Source of the DNA: Macrostomum lignano
Taxonomy: Eukaryota
NCBI GenBank assembly: GCA_002269645.1
Contig: NIVC01001992.1
Location: 124,001 to 188,000 of the forward strand
Direction of reading: 5' to 3'
DNA: 64,000 nt
Positions 25,041 to 38,149 of the stretch are shown in pieces. Position 1 is the stretch's first letter; every line of letters starts with the position of its first letter. Below the pieces are notes generated by a model. That model did not search any database, was not told where the DNA came from, and saw only the letters and a list, made by a program, of their open reading frames with translations. Made by a program: the position numbers and the translations under genes.

Positions 25041-25823
25041 GCCTCATCAAGTCCTACATCCTTGACCCTTGCCCCTCCATTTAGCTGAATTGGCTGAGTC
25101 CGTCTTGATTGCGGGTCTCGTGGGGTGCAAGCAGACAAAGCAGAGAGTGAACCAAGGAAAGAGGAACTCGCTTTGTTGAGTGCACGGATCTGGTGGCAGG
25201 ACCATGTAGAACACAAGTAAAGATCTGGGTTGGAGAAATTTCCCGGCCCTATAAACCTCAAAGAGAACTCAATGTTTATAAAAATGGATTGACCAAAAGT
25301 TAGCTTTGATAACTGTTAGTAAAAGCTGACGCTGACACTCACCTGTTTGCATGAACTGAAAATTTGACATTTGGGAAAATTTTAATAAATCCAGTTAATA
25401 AATTACTAAAGCTCCCTGCCTCAGGGCGGTGGGGCAGAGCGCGGCAATAAAAAAGCATGAAGCAACAATCGAAAAGAAAGCTTTTTTTAGGCAGAACTCC
25501 ACCCCACTAACCCATCCACTGCAATTTCGTGAGAGAGCTCTCCCCACAGGGAGTCCTAGGGAATAGAATCTGGACTGGCAAAAACGGGACTCAATGATGA
25601 ATTGTAAACCGAAGTCCCGGCTATGAAGGCTTTGCATAGCAGAGTGCTGAGACGGCAGCGATAGTCTATGGCCAGCCCTGCTTTACGTTTCACGTCTTAC
25701 ATCTGGGTTAATTTCGGACTCGTGCACGGAAATTGGTCACGAGAGCTGGAACTTGCGCGATAGTCCAAGAGAGCTAGCACCCAAGGAGCCTGACGGTGAC
25801 AAAGTCAGGGCGCCGTACACCCT

Positions 25824-26022
25824 GGGCCGTATGCAGAAAGCTTAGTCCAGACTAGCTAGTCCGGACTTGGGTAGTTCAGTCTATAGTCTATGGTTTAGCT
25901 ACCCTAGTTCTGTCTATAGTAGACCGGTCTAACTTTGTTTCTGCATACCAAATCCAAGTCCAGAGTCCAGACTAGCTTTTCAAGACCGGACTACCCTAGA
26001 CAGAGCTTTCTGCATACGGCCC
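25824..26022. mobile_element. About 200-bp MITE with 19-bp terminal inverted repeats GGGCCGTATGCAGAAAGCT, PIF/Harbinger-like
   Basis: TIRs at 25824-25842 and 26004-26022. CTG lies next to both ends, but the boundary/TSD is not perfectly symmetric. Confidence 0.7.
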
Positions 26023-26694
26023 CCTGTGTGAGCATGTGCCTGCGTACGTATGTGTTCCTGCTCAGGGGTCAGTTATAGAAGTTTTAGACAGCGCCTTCCA
26101 GTCGGAGATCCATAACCAATCCAGACATCTACAACTTCAAGGCGTCCCTGTCTGCCGCTCCAGTCTCTCAGTTTCCTGCTGCAGCGCACAAAAAGCGGGC
26201 AGGCTCCGATGAGCGATGGGAAATCAGCTTGGCGCCGAAGCGACTCAAAGTTGAACAAAAAAATCAACGAGAGACCAAAGTCGAAACTCCCAGATTTACA
26301 GTTTTCTCCCCAAACCTTTGTCTACTGAATGGGGAGCATGATTTAGCCATGCGCAATAAACAATACGGCGCAAAGGCTGAAACAAATGGAATGATTTTTT
26401 TGCAGAAAACTTGCTTCCGGAAGGAGTTCAGAGTTGGCTTGTTGATTATAGAGATTTTTTGCCAAAGAATTGCCATGAGCTCTCGACAATTGATTTAAAT
26501 TTGATTGAAAAAAAGAATTTTTTATTAAAATTGATTAATAAAGTGATTAAACAAATTGAAAAACCTTTTCTGAATGAATTCGGCATTTATGTATTTACAT
26601 GCACCTTCTCTACTAAGAGTAGTATGCAAAGAAACGCTAATTTGTTAAAAACAACATAGAATCGCCAATAGGAAATGCGTACAAGTTATGGAAA

Positions 26695-27232
26695 CAGTCC
26701 AGTCACACTGCAGGCAGCCAGTCACACTGCAGGCAGCCAGTCACACTGCAGACAGCCAGTCACACTGCAGACAGCCAGTCACACTGCAGACAGCCAGTCA
26801 CACTGCAGGCAGCCAGTCACACTGCAGACAGCCAGTCACACTGCAGACAGCCAGTCACACTGCAGACAGCCAGTCACACTGTAGGCAGCCAGTCACACTG
26901 CAGACAGCCAGTCACACTGCAGACAGCCAGTCACACTGCAGACAGTCGTCACACTGCAGACAGCCAGTCACACTGCAGACAGCCAGTCACACTGCAGACA
27001 GCCAGTCACACTGCAGACAGCCAGTCACACTGTAGGCAGCCAGTCACACTGCAGACAGCCAGTCACACTGCAGGCAGCCAGTCACACTGCAGGCAGCCAG
27101 TCACACTGCAGACAGCCAGTCACACTGCAGACAGCCAGTCACACTGCAGACAGCCAGTCACACTGCAGACAGCCAGTCACACTGCAGACAGCCAGTCACA
27201 CTGCAGACAGCCAGTCACACTGCAGACAGCCT
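26695..27232. repeat. 19-bp minisatellite CAGCCAGTCACACTGCAGA, about 28 copies, overlapping the TSEN2 stop codon
   Basis: Seen directly. Confidence 0.96.
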
Positions 27233-28153
27233 GGTCACCGAAGTCTCCAGGAGCCGAGCTGAGGCCACGCAGGCGGCCGGATCGTCAAGGTCAGCGGCCT
27301 GCAAGCTGATGCGGCAGAGCAGCAGCCGACGGCCGCAGCGTTCGGCGACGCGAGCAACGGCGAGGCGGCCGCGCCACGAGCTAGCTGGACCGTCGGGCTC
27401 CTCGGGCAGCAGCAGCACAGCGTAGCTGGCGTGATAAAACGCCGGGCCCTGTGCGTAAAGTAGAAAATCGGCGCCAACGCTGGCGCCATCCTTTGGCACC
27501 CAGCCGCGCGATCGGTAGTGCTGGTAGGCCGCGTACAGCTGCGCGAATCTGGGCAGCTCGGAACGAAGGCGGAGCCACAGCTGGGCGCAGGTCAGCCCGG
27601 CAATGCGCAGGACGCCGCAGGCGAACGTGAGGAAGAATGCCTCGGCTGGAGACAGCAGGAGCTGCAGGCCGGCGAAGCTAGAGGGGGGGGGGTGAGGAGA
27701 GAGGGGGACTGGACATTTCATTTCAAGTCTACCCATTATAATAATAATTACTATTATGGGTTTGTGGTCACCCTGGTGCAATGTCTACAGCGGCATCATC
27801 CCACAACCAGCGCTGAGGCCACACCTGCCATCGCCGTCAGTTCGCACTGCCTGTCTCTTTCGCCTGGCCAGCTGTTGCTGCTGCTGCTGTACTTCATCGC
27901 TACCGCAGTCGGCATCCAATAGGATGCCAAATGCGCCGCCAGCGCGCAGAACTGCGATGTCGCCTGGCAGGTCAACCAGGACGCCGGTGTCCTCGCCTTC
28001 GCAGATCAGGCGGCCAGTGGCGACAGCGAGGCGGCGAGGTCGAGCCGGACTGTCACTGGTGGGCAATGGCAGGAAGGTGCCAACTGGCTGGCTCTGACCA
28101 GATGGCTTTGCATGTGCCAGTGGCTGCTGCTGCTGCTGCTGCTGTTGTGCATC
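27215..28153 (-). CDS. TSEN2: tRNA-splicing endonuclease catalytic subunit Sen2; exons 28153-27825 and 27677-27215
   Basis: Motifs LQLLLSPAEAFFL, FAQLYAAYQHYRSRGWVPKDG...GADFLLY.QGPAFYHASYAV (catalytic Y and H). Donor AG|GTGTGG and acceptor CTCTAG|C are both phase 2; total 792 nt, in frame. No in-frame ATG; an upstream phase-0 acceptor TTTCAG|GAT lies at 28154/28153. Confidence 0.9.
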
Positions 28154-30924
28154 CTGAAAGCAGATTATGTAATGTATGGCAATTAGCTAGGCCTATGATA
28201 ATGTTTGCAAACTGTGAAAAATTTTTATTAAATATATTTTTTCTAATAAAAATTTATACTTTAGTAATAGTAATTATAGTATCACTGTATAACTACTCTA
28301 CATATTACTAATAACATTAGAATGGAGAAAACTGGATAAAGAATTTTTAAAGGTATTAGTTTGAGATTTGGAATTATAAGATCATTGTCAAATTTCTTAA
28401 TGAATTGCATAGAGAGAAAAAATTATATATAGAAAAAATATTTTAGCTACTTAAGGTTTAGGAGTATTATAAGGGGAAATCAGCAAAACTATAAAAAATA
28501 TAAAGGTTTAAATTACCTTCCATATCTTATAGAATTCTAAAAAGGGAAATTAGGTTATAAATAAAATTTAATTTGAAATTAATAGTAAAATTGGTAATTG
28601 AATACTGATTATTATAACCTTATTAAAATTCCCATTGATCAAACTTATACAGTATGATATTTTTAAATAGAAAATTCAATTAATAAAATATTTTTTCTTT
28701 AAACTTTATTTTTAAACTTCATAATAAAAATATTAAATAGTAAAATAGTTGCTGTCAAATGAAAAACATTATATTATTCCTAGATTTATATTAAACAATT
28801 GCATTTAATTTGTATATTATCAAACAAAAGTTTAAAAAATAATTGTATTTAAATATCATCTAAATTTGAACTGGTTAATATAAACATGCAATATTTTCTT
28901 TTCACGATACTATTTTTTAATAAATAGCCTAGTCACAGTAAAAAATAACACAAAATAGGTCTATTTAATATGTAAGCAAGCTTAGTTAATGCAAAAAATG
29001 ATTGATGAAGCAATTTTTTTGGCTCAGTTATATGGGCCTATACTCTGGTCTGTAGTTTTGGAAAATTCAGGGGTTGTAGTCGTCCTAAAACATTACATTC
29101 TAAAAAAGCTTTATTAGGTATTTTAATTTTAGGTAAATGCTTTTTATGTATTGTAATTTTATTAGACTTCTCCTCTACGCTCCTACGCAACATATCGCAT
29201 CGACAAAGCATCTTATACATTAGTAAAAACCATTCAGAAAATTAACCAAAGAACCTTCCCATCACCAGCACTTGTGAGCAATAAGTAACACAGAAAAGCA
29301 GGTGTGTGCACAATGCGTGCTCGTGCTCGTGGTCGTGGACAAGCCGTTTCGCGGAAAGTTTCAATTTTAAAATAAATTCCGAGCCGTACAAAGCCGGTCT
29401 GTATTCAGATAAGAATCAGAAGAGACCCAACTTCTATATGTTTGTTTGACAATTAAATTATTGAATTCTAGACTATTTTCTGAATGGCATTCTTCATTAA
29501 ACTAGTTTCAGAAATATAAATCAATTAAAAGTATTGAAATTTAATTGGAATTTAAATACTTCCGATCGAAATGCATGGCATGGTTTTAGCTCAGCTCAGT
29601 TTAGTATCACTTCTGGTCTGGATGAATCTAGCGCCCAAGTAATTAGAATTGATATCGTTAGTGGCTGAACTAATTTAGGACTCTGACACAAAAACTGACG
29701 TTTGTTTGGTGCGTGATCAATAATCACATGGGTGTTTTGCGTATCCACATGCCTGTGCGTGCTCAGGGATTTGCGGAACTTGCCTCCTCGCTGGCGACGG
29801 GACGGCTGTCGGTTGGATCGATATTAGATTTGCGACAGTGCCAGACCAAAGTCCTTGCGAACTGCGAAATAGGCAATCGCATTGCTTCAAGCTATAGCCA
29901 TTTCTTTCTGGGGATCTTAATTGCATGGGTCCGCGCATCTACCCACATGTACATGTAGTGACTCAGCCCCTAGCTAGCAGGCATGCAGTTCCCTATCTAC
30001 TCGTATATTTTGGTGACTGTGAATACCTTTATGCTATATATACACTTTTCCCGCTACACAGGCGTTATATACATTGTACCTAGCTGTATATTTATACATA
30101 ATTTTTTTCAGTCCACCTTCTACTTTACCATATGATTCAGTACAAAAGCATACATATGTACATCTACATGTATGGCACATGAAAATGATGACACGCGCAA
30201 CACAGATAACCACAATGCTCTTTAACACCACAATTGGTGTGAAATTTAACCAATCTTGACCACGTGTTTAATGAAAGTTTACTTCTAAAACAAATACCTG
30301 AAAAATCTAAAGGTCTTCTCAGCAATTAATGATTGGCACATGGAGATTCGGAGACAAATTACGACAGCGCCATGATCTATTGTTAAAGGTAAAAATTTTC
30401 ATGAATTTGGCTGGAAAATAATATGCTTTGCAGCCATCAGAATCTCATGTGAAATCAGTTAGTCGTACATGCATATATGGAGAATGAAAATTAAGGAGAA
30501 ATGCGGTGATACATGTACATGATAATTATGGTCTCGTGATACTCGTACGTTCCGAATAAGTTTGAATTACTGCGCCGCTTAAAATAGGAAAACTAATTGA
30601 CTTTACTTGAGTACCACTTATGTTAACTTTATTGTGCAGCTGGTTGGTGCAGGTAACAGTTGCCTCAAAGCTGTCGATCCAATTACTGAACGTCTGAATA
30701 GCTCAGCATGTGGGGAGAACCTGGGGGAGAGCCACAGTCTCCTGTTTTCTCGTCACCATGGTAACAAGGCTTGGAGACAAATATGCAGCGTAAAGGTATG
30801 CAAGCTATCCCTTCTCAAGCACAGACGCCCCAGCTGAGTATTGGAAGGAAGCAATATTTTATACTGCACCTGCTGAAAGCAGGACAATTCAGCAACACAG
30901 TTTAAATAATCAACAAGTTGCACA

Positions 30925-33239
30925 ATGAAATCTCGCCTTGACTCTGACTCGGGCGACGCTGGGTTGAAAAAAGTTGATTATCGCGGCGTTTTGATTGCCT
31001 GCCTGGCCGCGTCGGCTGCCGAGACAACGGCCCACGCCATTCCCAGAATGGTGGGCAATCGGCGTGCCTACGTCAAAGTAACCTGGCTTCTACTGTTCCT
31101 TCTCTTTCTCGGCCTGTTCACCTCCCAAGCCTACAGATTCGTGCAGAAGCTGTACGACATGCCAGAGACCACCACAATCCAGCAGGACTCGGTGGCGATG
31201 ATCTTCCCGGACTTGTACATCTGCCCTCAGCCCATCATGTCGGGCAGCTACGGCCACCTGATCACCAACGAAACCATCGCGCAACTCAACTGGCACATCG
31301 ACGCCATCACCAAGCAATTCAACTTCACGCCGCAGACGGACAAGGAGTCGGAGACTTTCATCCGTATGTTGCTGGCCACTTTGCCGTATAAAACTATTAG
31401 CGACAGTTTCGGCCACCAGTTCCAGCAGACCATCTTCTACGACTTGTTCTCGGACGACAAGCCGCTAGAGCTCGCGGCCAACAAGACAGGCTCGTTGTTG
31501 AAATTTTACAGTCCTCGAAGTCTCAACTGCTTCCTGTTCCGGCTGACGGACGCACGGAGGGCCTTCATGAAGGACCCGTGGAACCATCTGACGCTCTATC
31601 TGTTCTACGATACGCCAATTGCCGGCCTGTTTCCAGACAATCCGCTGCTGAAGACGGTGCCGTACGCTCTGATCAAGGAGGGCATCGGCTACCCGCTGTG
31701 GGATATCGAGAATGGCATGTCCTACAAGAGCGGCATCGCAATGCGACTTATGCTGGTGCCACCTGGGGAATATCCCATGGACAGCGCTACCAGCATCTTC
31801 TTGGAGCCCGGCAACGAGTACTACATCGGCGTGGAGATGTCCAAACTGCAGATGGACGATGGCATACAGTGCGATAAATCACCTCCCAAGGCCAGAATTG
31901 TAAACCCGTACACCCAGGCCACCGAGGAGTACGAGTACAGCAGCGACCTCTGCTGGATTGAGTCTAAGGAAAACCTGCGGTAATTAATCGATTTACATGT
32001 ACTAATTTAAAAACTTGTGATGGAGTTCACAATGGAAGTTTTCAATCCTGAAATAAGTAATAATTATAATTGATTGCACCCGCCCTAATGGGCAGATGTG
32101 CAACCGACAGCTCAGCTGCAGCTATTGCGCGGAGCATCTGAAGGCTGCGAACGGCTGTTCAGCCCAAGGATTGGGGGGTCACCACACCCAAAATTACCCC
32201 AGCTAATGCTGGCACCTATTTTACAGCTGGGTGAACTGAAGCAATGCAGAGTTAAGTGTCTTGCTCAAGGACACAGATTGTTCCGAGTGAGTCGAGAATC
32301 GAACCCCCGACCTTTAAGTCGTGAGTCCGACGCTCTAACCTCTACGTTACAATCCCCTGAAAACAAAATGAATTTGGATGATGCCTGATGTTTGAAGGGA
32401 TAAGAATTCAGGAACTCATTTGCGGAAGTCTTCGTGCCAAGTTGCAAGACGGGAAATGCTCTCTTCACATTTATCATTCCCACTTCTGATTAAACAGTTT
32501 TCAAAACGTGTCCTGCGTTGACCCGAGCGCTCCGCACCTGGTCAGCTTCAGCAACCGGACCAAGTGCTGGAACTCCAGCCTCTACCTGAACGCCTCGGCG
32601 CAGGAGAGACGGCGCTTTCTGCAGGCGAGCCTGGACATGAAAAGCAACCATTTCCCGTACGATCTGAGCGCGGTGCAGACTGCTTGCAACCGCAGACGGC
32701 CCTGTGATCAGTATGCTTACAGCACGAAAACATTTTCAAGCAACTGGCCGAATTTCAACGGCTACCAGGATGCCATTTTGAACAGGATGTTTATGGGCAT
32801 TGCGCAGCAGAAGATGCTATCAATGAGGAATTATTCGTTTCCAGCTTATGCAGCTTTCGTGAAGATGTTCGCCGGCCTGATGACGAACAACACGCCAAAT
32901 GCTGGCGCTCGGATGGCGGCATTCGCCTCGCAGATGATGGCCAAGGTGACCATCAAGACGTCTAAGATCGTGGGCCCGACCGTTGTCATCAGCCGGTCTT
33001 ACACCTTTCTGGACTTCGTGTCAGACGTCGGCGGTATCATTGGCCTCTACCTGGGCTGCTCGCTCCTGACGCTGTTTGAACTCCTCGAGCTCATCCATGG
33101 CGTCCTCGTTAGCCTCCAGCTGTGCCGTCCGCCGAAAACTTCCAGAGACGATGCCAGTGACGGCGGTCCAACTGCTCAGGCCGTGTCGAACCCTGAGAGT
33201 CAAGCAAAGCAACAGCTGCAAGTGATGGAGCTGGACTAA
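30925..33239 (+). CDS. DEG/ENaC family channel, about 598 aa; exons 30925-31979 and 32498-33239
   Basis: TTAHAIPR pre-TM1, TM1 TWLLLFLLFLGLFTSQ, IFPDLYICP, SLNCFLF, C...RPCDQYAY, and TM2 TFLDFVSDVGGIIGLYLGCSLLTLFELLELI. Donor CG|GTAATT and acceptor AAACAG|T are both phase 2. Confidence 0.92.
32053..32357 (-). mobile_element. tRNA-derived SINE, antisense in the DEG/ENaC intron
   Basis: Minus strand: GGGGATTGTAACGTAGAGGTTAGAGCG (A-box-like), GGTTCGATTCTC (B box, 32294-32305), central GTGTCCTTGAGCAAGACACTTAAC...CACCCAGCTGTAAA resembling metazoan SINE core domains, and an (ATT)-rich tail. Confidence 0.75.
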
Positions 33240-34019
33240 TTACTCTATGCGGCTGGCGGCTTTATAGCCTTATGCACTTTTCTAACCATACCGTAATATC
33301 TAACTCAAACTGGACTATTTGAACATCAGAACTCGCAAGCTGTATGTGAATAATGGTAATATCACTGTCTGCGCACCGCCTAGTTGGCTCAATGCACTAC
33401 TCGTATAGTCAGTGCAGATCCCCAAATGAGCGACATTGCTCAAGCATACTCAGTACAAGTACGATGGGCCAGTGGGAACCGCCATCTGCTTTCAAATTCC
33501 AGCGGATTAGCTAAAACTAAACTGAATGAGCTGCAAGTGGCTCAGTGGGTGTGGCTTGGCGGGCCCATGCAAGCCTGTCTGGCTCTTGAGGGGGGGGGGG
33601 CAGCGCTGTGAGGACTCATTGTTGTTTCTGAGTGCGCCCCACACACACACAGCCTCCCCCGACCTGCACTTTCTATCACATGGGAAGAAAGAAGAAAATT
33701 ATGGAAAATGGAGAGTCAGACGGGCAGGAATAAAGAACTGAGAACAAATTTTACGGATAGAAAAAGAAATGCCTTTTCATTTTTCCTCCACTAGCTCACT
33801 ACCTTGCTGATTGTTTGAAAAGCTCGCTTACTTGTCTGACTGGGTAAAGCAGCCTTTTTTGTAAGATCCATTTGCCATGGCAGCTCATTAGTGAGTTCTT
33901 TTGAAAATGGTTAAGCAATCACTAAGAAGAAAAACTTAACTTCACTTCTAGAAATTCCACTGTGGCTCTTCTTGCATGCTTGTTAGTTGCAGTTCCTTCT
34001 CGACTTCCTCCCTTAAGCA

Positions 34020-34820
34020 GCTAGGGAGAGAGCGGAGAGCGGAGAAAGAGGAGAGCGGAGAGCAGAGAGAGCGGAGAGAGCGGAGAGGGGAGAGCGGAGA
34101 GCAGAGAGAGCGGAGAGAGCGGAGAGGGGAGAGCGGAGAACAGAGAGAGCGGAGAGAGCGGAGAGGGGAGAGCGGAGAGCAGAGAGAGCGGAGAGAGCGG
34201 AGAGGGGAGAGCGGAGAGCAGAGAGAGCGGAGAGAGCGGAGAGGGGAGAGCGGAGAGCAGAGAGAGCGGAGAGAGCGGAGAGGGGAGAGCGGAGAGCGGA
34301 GAGGGGAGAGGGGAGAGGGGAGAGGGGAGAGCGGAGAGCAGAGAGAGCGGAGAGAGCGGAGAGGGGAGAGCGGAGAGCAGAGAGAGCGGAGAGAGCGGAG
34401 AGGGGAGAGCGGAGAGCAGAGAGAGCGGAGAGAGCGGAGAGGGGAGAGCGGAGAGCAGAGAGAGCGGAGAGAGCGGAGAGGGGAGAGCGGAGAGCAGAGA
34501 GAGCGGAGAGAGCGGAGAGGGGAGAGCGGAGAGCGGAGAGGGGAGAGGGGAGAGGGGAGAGGGGAGAGCGGAGAGGGGAGAGGGGAGAGGGGAGAGCGGA
34601 GAGGGGAGAGGGGAGAGCAGAGAGAGCGGAGAGAGCGGAGAGGGGAGAGCGGAGAGCAGAGAGAGCGGAGAGAGCGGAGAGGGGAGAGCGGAGAGTAGAG
34701 AGAGCGGAGAGAGCGGAGAGGGGAGAGCGGAGAGCAGAGAGAGCGGAGAGAGCGGAGAGGGGAGAGGGGAGAGGGGAGAGCGGAGAGCTGAGAGCGGAGA
34801 GGGGAGAGGGGAGGGAGAGT
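34020..34820. repeat. Nearly pure polypurine minisatellite, 39-bp higher-order unit built from 7- and 9-bp GGAGAGC-type subunits
   Basis: Seen directly; 13-aa periodic ORFs confirm the 39-bp period. Confidence 0.95.
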
Positions 34821-35214
34821 ATCAGTCACGTATTGAGGAAGCTTTTTCTGATTAAGCAGAGTAAGAATATTTGCTCTGATCTACTTAAGAGTAGTATTTG
34901 CTCTTTTATTTTGGCTTTCTTTAATCAGAGAATCAAATCGCTACTCCGTCTCGGTAACTAAGAACTCTCTTCCTTTCTTCACTTTGACGATAGTTTTATA
35001 AATTTGATGGCATTCGTTGTGAGCTGGATAAAAAACTGTTCTGAAGTTTTCAGTCAATCAATTTAATTGCTAGTTGTTGTTGAAGAGCCACTAGCTAGAA
35101 CCGGAACACAGTTTTCCTCGGTTGTTTTTTACCTAACCGCAGCGGCCCTTCAATACATATTTCAGGGGGGGGGGGCAGTTTCTACCCTTCCGTCTGTCTA
35201 ACCCCAGACAGTAT

Positions 35215-35690
35215 CTAACATAAGCTGTATCTAACACAGTGAGTATCTAACACAGTGAGTATCTAACACAGTGAGTATCTAACGCGGACAATAGCTAACA
35301 GGGAGATTATCTAACGTGGACAATATTTAAAACGGACAATATCTAACAGGGAGATTATCTAACACGGACAATATCTAACAAAGACAGCAATATCTAACAC
35401 GGACAATATCTAGCACGGACAATGGCTAACACTTACAATATCTAACACGGACAATATCTAACACTTACAATATTTAACACGGACAATGGCTAACACTGAC
35501 AATATCTAACACAGACAATATCTAACACAGACAATAGCTAACAGGACAATATCTAACACAGACAATATCTAACACGGACAATAGCTAACACGGACAATAG
35601 CTAACACGGACAATAGCTAACACAGACAATATCTAACACAGACAATATCTAACACGGACAATATCTAACACGGACAATGGCTAACACTGA
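35215..35690. repeat. 16-bp minisatellite ATCTAACACGGACAAT (degenerate at the left end)
   Basis: Seen directly. Confidence 0.93.
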
Positions 35691-38149
35691 CAAAATAAAA
35701 CGAAGATGATTTTTACTATAAAAAATAAGCTTTTCGAAACTTTGAGTATTCGAACAATAAATTGGAACCAAAATTTACAAAGCAACGCATTGTTAGAGGC
35801 ACAAACAGCTTGGCTGTTAAAAAATGCGGCAGATTAGTTTAGTCTCAGTTCTACGAGCTCCTTTTTCGGCTGCTCTTAGAGAGAAGAGAGATGTGCGCTG
35901 GCTTGAAAATATGCAAAGAAAAACATTGATGGCTTGTAGAGTCACAGAGGGATACCCGGCGGTAGCTGAGGCAGAAATTGAATAGCTATGCTCTAGAAGA
36001 AGGCGCACGCTCAGGAGCAAAAGTTATATGCAAACTGCGAAAAATTCGGTTCAAGTCTGCAATGCAAAGAGAATAACACAGCCCCTGAGGCTTGGCATCT
36101 ACACGTCTCCATCTCTTCATTCTTTGCCTATTTTCAAGAAAAAATGCATCACTAAAAAGGCTGCTGCTTCTGGCATTAAAAAAACGAAGACAGAAATCTC
36201 AATACGCAAGTTGCTATGCGGCCTGTCAATGCGATTCGCCTATAATATATGGCCATGTGTGTGTCTGCCCACCTGTGCAACAATAGCATTGAGAGAAACA
36301 AATATTTCTTTGCAGCGCGAAGTAAAGAGAAGGCCGGACAAGCAATTAACCCCCACCACCCCAAGCCTTTTTGGCTCTCCGGTGCTGCATGCATGACTGA
36401 CTGCTCTCTGCCACCGATTCACTAGCTACTCAATTCTGTCTCATCTCTCATCTCTCTCGCCCGCCCGCCTTCCTGTCTGCCTGCCGCTTCTGAAAGCCGA
36501 GGCCTTGATGTTGCTGGAGCTTGGGGGGGGGGGTGGCAAGCGCCCGGGCTTGTGTTGCGCGCACTGACAGGAGGAGACCGCTGAATCGGAGTGAACTCAT
36601 AATACGCATATACAGAGAGTATAGAGGTGGTCTCCAAGGCCTGGTCAGGGAGGCCTTCAGCAACAAGTTTGGAGCGGCTAAATCCTCTCCCGAACAGACA
36701 AGAGACTTGAAGGCTTTTGATTTTTTTAAAACTATCGCAGCTTCTGTTTGGTAAAAATAGCAATTTTTATAAGGCTTGATTGGTCGGTCATATTTGACAC
36801 TAGCTACAGGGCGCTGATCTGGCGTCGGGGGGTCCAAATTCAGGATGCCAACAATTAAAGCTGATATGTTTTGACGTACCTAAGGAACAGGAACCTATTA
36901 TTTATTTAAGTATTTCAGCTCTCAGAACAATTTTTTAGAATTCCGTCATATTTTAGCTCAGACACTGAGGATAACTTCAGTGGGCCATGACTCAGAAAAG
37001 AAGTTGATGGCACTCCAGATTCAAGTTTAAGATCTCCTGGGCTTGAGCCCGGCTTGTTACTCAAGCATTTTTTTCAACTGAAAATCTTTTGCTCGGAAAT
37101 ATAATTTCGTCTGCTATTGAGCGTAGAGATGGGTGTTCGAGCTGGGGCAGGCCTCGGCATGGAGACCCAGCTGACGGCGGCTCCAACGCACTGCAAACAA
37201 TGGAGCAAGAGAGCAGGGGGACTGCAGGGCTGGTGGGGGGGACTGCTTTGAGCACATAAATAAATGTGGCTTCAATCCGCTCTCTCATCCCCCCTCAGCC
37301 AGTTCTCTCTCTCTTTGTCAGCCCTGCGAGTGCGTGCTAGCAGGACGGGGGGGGGTGCCAGCTCGAACCCAGCCTGAGCAGCCCCCCCCCCTCGCCCCGT
37401 GCTCGGTCGCTACAAATACAAGTGGCCAGCCCCAGTCCCGTCTTGCTCTCGCTCGCTTCTCTCCAAGCAAGCAACTGCTTTGCGGCGCGTTGCCAGCAAC
37501 GAAGCATCGTGAGAGTTAATCTAATAGATTGTCCCTGTGCGCTGGGCGAGCAGGTGTAATGCGCTGAATGACTTAAGCAGCCTCCGTATTGCACCTTCCC
37601 CGCCCGACCGTACTCGGATCAGTCGCCATGGCATCAACAGCTTCATCATCGTCAGCAGCAGCAGCAGCAGCAGGACGCAGCCAGCCCCAATATTGCTCTT
37701 ATAATTCCCTTACTGATTCCTCAGTATTATTGTACTCGATAATACACTTAAATAGCTAACAAAATGTTTGCAACTGTTAATTACTCTATTATTTAACCAG
37801 ATTAATAGAGGCGCAAATTCTTTATTGTGTTCCAATACATTTACATTAATATCTTTCTCACCGTTTTAGGACACTTGAATTCTGTGTAAACTATTTCTTC
37901 AACAAAATATACGCTTGTGCATGTATGGAAAATAAAAAAAAAACGGCTATATTACAGTACGAGACGCAGGCGGTCTCATTCATGCAATCGATGAGTTGAG
38001 AACTGCAACAGTTATTTACTTGTCAATTTAAGCAAAAAAAGTTCAAGTCTGCAGTCGAGGCTATCTAGACTTGCTTTATAAAATTTCAACTCAGAAGAAA
38101 GTTCCACTGAATTATTTGAAGCTTTCAGCAGTCATTCAGAGAGTCACCG

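Noticed and set aside
26077-26498. Open frame after TTTTAG with an NLS-like APKRLK
   Set aside because: Could be a terminal exon, but there is no homology or upstream exon support.
29713-29958. GC-richer island in AT-rich DNA that might be an upstream TSEN2 exon
   Set aside because: The plausible frame has stops and no similarity to Sen2 N-termini.
32290-32357. Functional tRNA gene
   Set aside because: Has A/B boxes but no complete acceptor stem, and continues into a SINE body.
33948-34829. 293-aa and 240-aa low-complexity ORFs
   Set aside because: Translations of the 39-bp polypurine repeat.
36028-37594. Cluster of 60-130-aa ORFs on both strands
   Set aside because: No recognisable domain or consistent splice pattern.
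37628-37750. ATG in perfect Kozak context (GTCGCCATGG) opening MASTASSSSAAAAAG
   Set aside because: The ORF is about 40 codons with no clear donor or downstream exon.
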